Shown here: piece after piece, positions 61,390-64,000 of the stretch | Position numbering within the stretch: the stretch's first letter is position 1 | Layout: each line of letters begins with the position of its first letter | NCBI GenBank assembly: GCA_963847445.1 | Contig: CAWJZV010000024.1 | Coordinates: 1 to 64,000 of the forward strand | Direction: 5' to 3' | DNA from: an uncultured delta proteobacterium | GTDB lineage: Bacteria; Desulfobacterota; Binatia; UBA9968 | Length of the DNA: 64,000 nucleotides | Made by a program: the position numbers and the translations under genes | The notes under the pieces: generated by a model | Seen by the model: only the letters and a program-made list of their open reading frames with translations | What the model was told of the DNA's origin: nothing | Database searches by the model: none

Positions 61390-62460
61390 ATGAAGAGTTG
61401 CCAATGTAGATTTTCGTCGGCAGCGATGCTTCTAGCGGCCGTATTTGTTTCTGTGGGGTTCTTACCGACTCACGTTTACTCTCAAGCTAATTTTTACGAA
61501 GGCAAGACCGTTACACTCATCGCGTTCAACGCACCAGGTGGTTCCGCAGATCTTCGGGTAAAAGCCGCTCTCCCCTTTCTGAAAAAACACATTCCCGGAA
61601 ATCCCACCGTCGCGATCGACTACATGGACGGCGGAGGTGGTCGGAAAGGGGCCAATCACCTCTATCATTCGGCCCGCCCCGATGGTCTCACCATAGGCGC
61701 GGCCAGCGGGGCGATCGTGGGTTTGGGCATCATGCGCGAACAAGGCGTCACCTATGACGTCGACAGGTTCATTTATCTCGGTACCCCAGAACATGAAAAT
61801 CACGCGGTCATCTATACCAGAAAGGATCTTGGACTCGACAACTTGGAAAAGCTCAAGACCAAGCCAGGTATCAGAATCGGCGGTCAGACCGTCGGCCATA
61901 CTTCCTACGTTGCCGGACGGCTGTTTGCGTATTTCTTGGACTTGAAGGATCCCAAGTTCGTCGTTGGCTATACTTCGCCCGAAGTGGACGTCGCCTTAAT
62001 GAACGGCGAGCTCGATGCCAGAGCCAACTCGGCCATATCGGTTTTGCGCCGCAATCCGGAGTGGCTGGATAAAGGCGTGATGAACTTCCACGCCATCATG
62101 GAAGTCCCGAAAGGCGATAAACATCCGCGCCTCAGTCATGTTCCAGAGATCGAAAGTTTCGCCAAGATGGAAAGAGAAAAAAAAGTTCTCGCCGTTTGGC
62201 GCGCTTTCCGAGGCGTCGGCTCCCCTTACATCTTGCCTCCGGGAACACCCAAAGACCGGGTTGCGATTCTCGAAGAGGCGATGCGCAGGACCTTTAAAGA
62301 TCCAGAGTTTCCAAAATACTTCAGGAAACTGGTCGACGACGATCCGTCGCCACTGGGAGCGGCGGACTTGACTAAGGTAATCAGGGAGATGCCGCGGGAC
62401 GCGGAGATCCTAGAGCTGCTCAAAAGATTCTCTGGGGCCGGGCCGTTGCCAGAAAGATAA
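61390..62460 (+). CDS. TctC/Bug-like binding protein
   Basis: FYEGKTV, HIPGNP, PDGLTIG and PPGTPKDRV motifs. Confidence 0.88.
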   Translation: MKSCQCRFSSAAMLLAAVFVSVGFLPTHVYSQANFYEGKTVTLIAFNAPGGSADLRVKAALPFLKKHIPGNPTVAIDYMDGGGGRKGANHLYHSARPDGLTIGAASGAIVGLGIMREQGVTYDVDRFIYLGTPEHENHAVIYTRKDLGLDNLEKLKTKPGIRIGGQTVGHTSYVAGRLFAYFLDLKDPKFVVGYTSPEVDVALMNGELDARANSAISVLRRNPEWLDKGVMNFHAIMEVPKGDKHPRLSHVPEIESFAKMEREKKVLAVWRAFRGVGSPYILPPGTPKDRVAILEEAMRRTFKDPEFPKYFRKLVDDDPSPLGAADLTKVIREMPRDAEILELLKRFSGAGPLPER

Positions 62461-62495
62461 ATACAGGGAATTCAAGAAACAAATTTGGAGGAAAT

Positions 62496-63531
62496 ATGCT
62501 GAAGACATTAACTCTTGTCACTTACATCTTGTTCTCATTGACGGCGGCCCACGCCCAGGCGCCCTTCTATCAGGGCAAGACCGTCACGATCCTACACGGC
62601 CGAGCACCCGGTGGATCGGGCGACTATCGCGTGCGCGCGGTGTTGCCGTTTCTGCAAAAATATATTCCCGGCAATCCCACCTTCGTGCACGAGTACATGG
62701 ACGGCGGCGGCGGGCGCAAGGCGGCCAATCATATATTCGCGCTCGCGCGTACCGACGGCCTGGTGATCGGCAACGTCGGCGGCGGGGTGGTCGCCAACGC
62801 CGTGCTCGGCGAACAGGGCGTGCAGTACGACCTCGACAAGCTTCCCTTCATCGGCTCGCCTTACAGCGCGACCCATTATGTCTTCGCCACCCGCCGGGAG
62901 GCCGGGCTCAGTAATCTGGAGAAACTTCGCGCCGCCACCGGGGTGCGCATCGGCGCCCAGTCCGTCGGCCATACCAATTACACCATCGGCAGAATCTTCG
63001 CCGCGCTGCTCGGTCTCAAAGATAGCAAGTACGTCACCGGCTATTCGATTCCCGAGCGCGATGTGGCGTTGCTGCGCGGCGAGATCGACGCGATCGCCAA
63101 CACCGACGATTTCTACGCGCGCAACCCCGAATGGATCGACAAAAAAATGGTCGACTTTCACCTCGTCATGGAGATCCCCAAAGGACTGAAGCACCCGCTC
63201 TTTTCCCACCTGGCCGAGGTCGAGACCTTCGCCAAAACCGAGCGCGGCCGCAAGGTGCTTTCCCTCTTCCGTCTTTTCCGTCTCTCCGGCTCGCCGTTCA
63301 TTGTCCCGCCAACGACGCAAAAAGACCGGCTGGAGATCATCAAAGAAGCTTTGCGCAAAGACTTTCAAGGATCCGGAGTTCGTCAAGGAATACCGCAAAG
63401 TCGTCGGCGAAGATCCGACGCCGCTCATGCCGGAGGAAAACGAGCGCGCCATCCGCGACCTGCCGCGCGACGCCGAGATCATCGATCTGTTTAAAAAGTT
63501 TGCCGGTGCGGGCCCGCTGCCGCCGCTGTGA
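62496..63531 (+). CDS. TctC/Bug-like binding protein (frameshift near 63355)
   Basis: FYQGKTV and GGGGRKA motifs; ends GAGPLPPL. Confidence 0.85.
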
Positions 63532-63579
63532 TGCGCCGCGCGCTGGCACCGCGACCGCAATCAACCAAGAGATGAAAAG

Positions 63580-64000
63580 ATGAAAAGAATCTTTATGAAT
63601 AATGATAGGAAACCAGATAAATCAGCGCCGCGGCATAGCTCGGCGTTAGTCGTCGCCGTCATGCTATTGGCCGCACCGGCGTTTGCCCAGACGCCGTTTT
63701 ATCAAGGCAAGACGATCACAATGGTCGCTAGCACCGCGCCAGGAGGGACTGGGGACCTGCGAGTTAAAGCCATGGTTCCCACGCTGCGCAAACATATTCC
63801 CGGCAATCCCACTATCATCATCGAGTACATGGACGGCGGCGGCGGGCGCAAGGGGGCCAACTATTTGTATCGCAACGCCAAGCCCGACGGCTTGACCATC
63901 GGTGCGCTCAGCGGCGGCATCGTCGGGCTGCAAGTCATGCGCGAGAGCGGCGTCATGTACGATATCGACAAATTCATTCAACTGGGCACGCCCGAAAGCA
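63580..64000 (+). CDS. TctC/Bug-like binding protein (runs off the window end)
   Basis: AQTPFYQGKTI, APGGTGDLR and KPDGLTIG motifs. Confidence 0.85.
   Translation, partial: MKRIFMNNDRKPDKSAPRHSSALVVAVMLLAAPAFAQTPFYQGKTITMVASTAPGGTGDLRVKAMVPTLRKHIPGNPTIIIEYMDGGGGRKGANYLYRNAKPDGLTIGALSGGIVGLQVMRESGVMYDIDKFIQLGTPES

Noticed and set aside
4722-63531. About 20 genes with frameshifts, considered as programmed frameshifting or mass pseudogenisation
   Set aside because: They are single-base indels scattered through unrelated genes, with no shared slippery motif and almost no in-frame stops. This is typical of uncorrected long-read error; read polishing would settle it.

Overview
This is GC-rich bacterial chromosomal DNA. 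The large expansions of TctC/Bug-like and ABC substrate-binding proteins and the intergenic repeat styles suggest Candidatus Binatia (inference). About 20 genes carry single-base frameshifts, most simply explained as long-read indel errors. The backbone is transport and catabolism: 11 TctC-like genes with one tctAB, a liv operon, NitT/TauT binding proteins, UbiD, amidohydrolases, an enolase-superfamily enzyme, a heme-oxygenase-like diiron protein and a gentisate-dioxygenase-like cupin. Four things stand out. (1) A 370-bp element made of a GIY-YIG nuclease gene between two inverted CGTC-type REP hairpins sits inside the liv operon, and several gene-less REP doublets of the same family are scattered across the window; this is a candidate GIY-YIG-driven counterpart of the RAYT/REPIN system. 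(2) A selenoprotein missed by the ORF track has an in-frame UGA in a U-S-T-C motif, a SECIS-like hairpin, and trxB downstream. (3) Toxin-antitoxin cassettes repeatedly sit between an intact gene and a displaced second copy of its 3' end. (4) Intergenic regions are nested mosaics of several palindromic repeat families, with empty and filled versions visible side by side. No rRNA, tRNA or CRISPR array was recognised.
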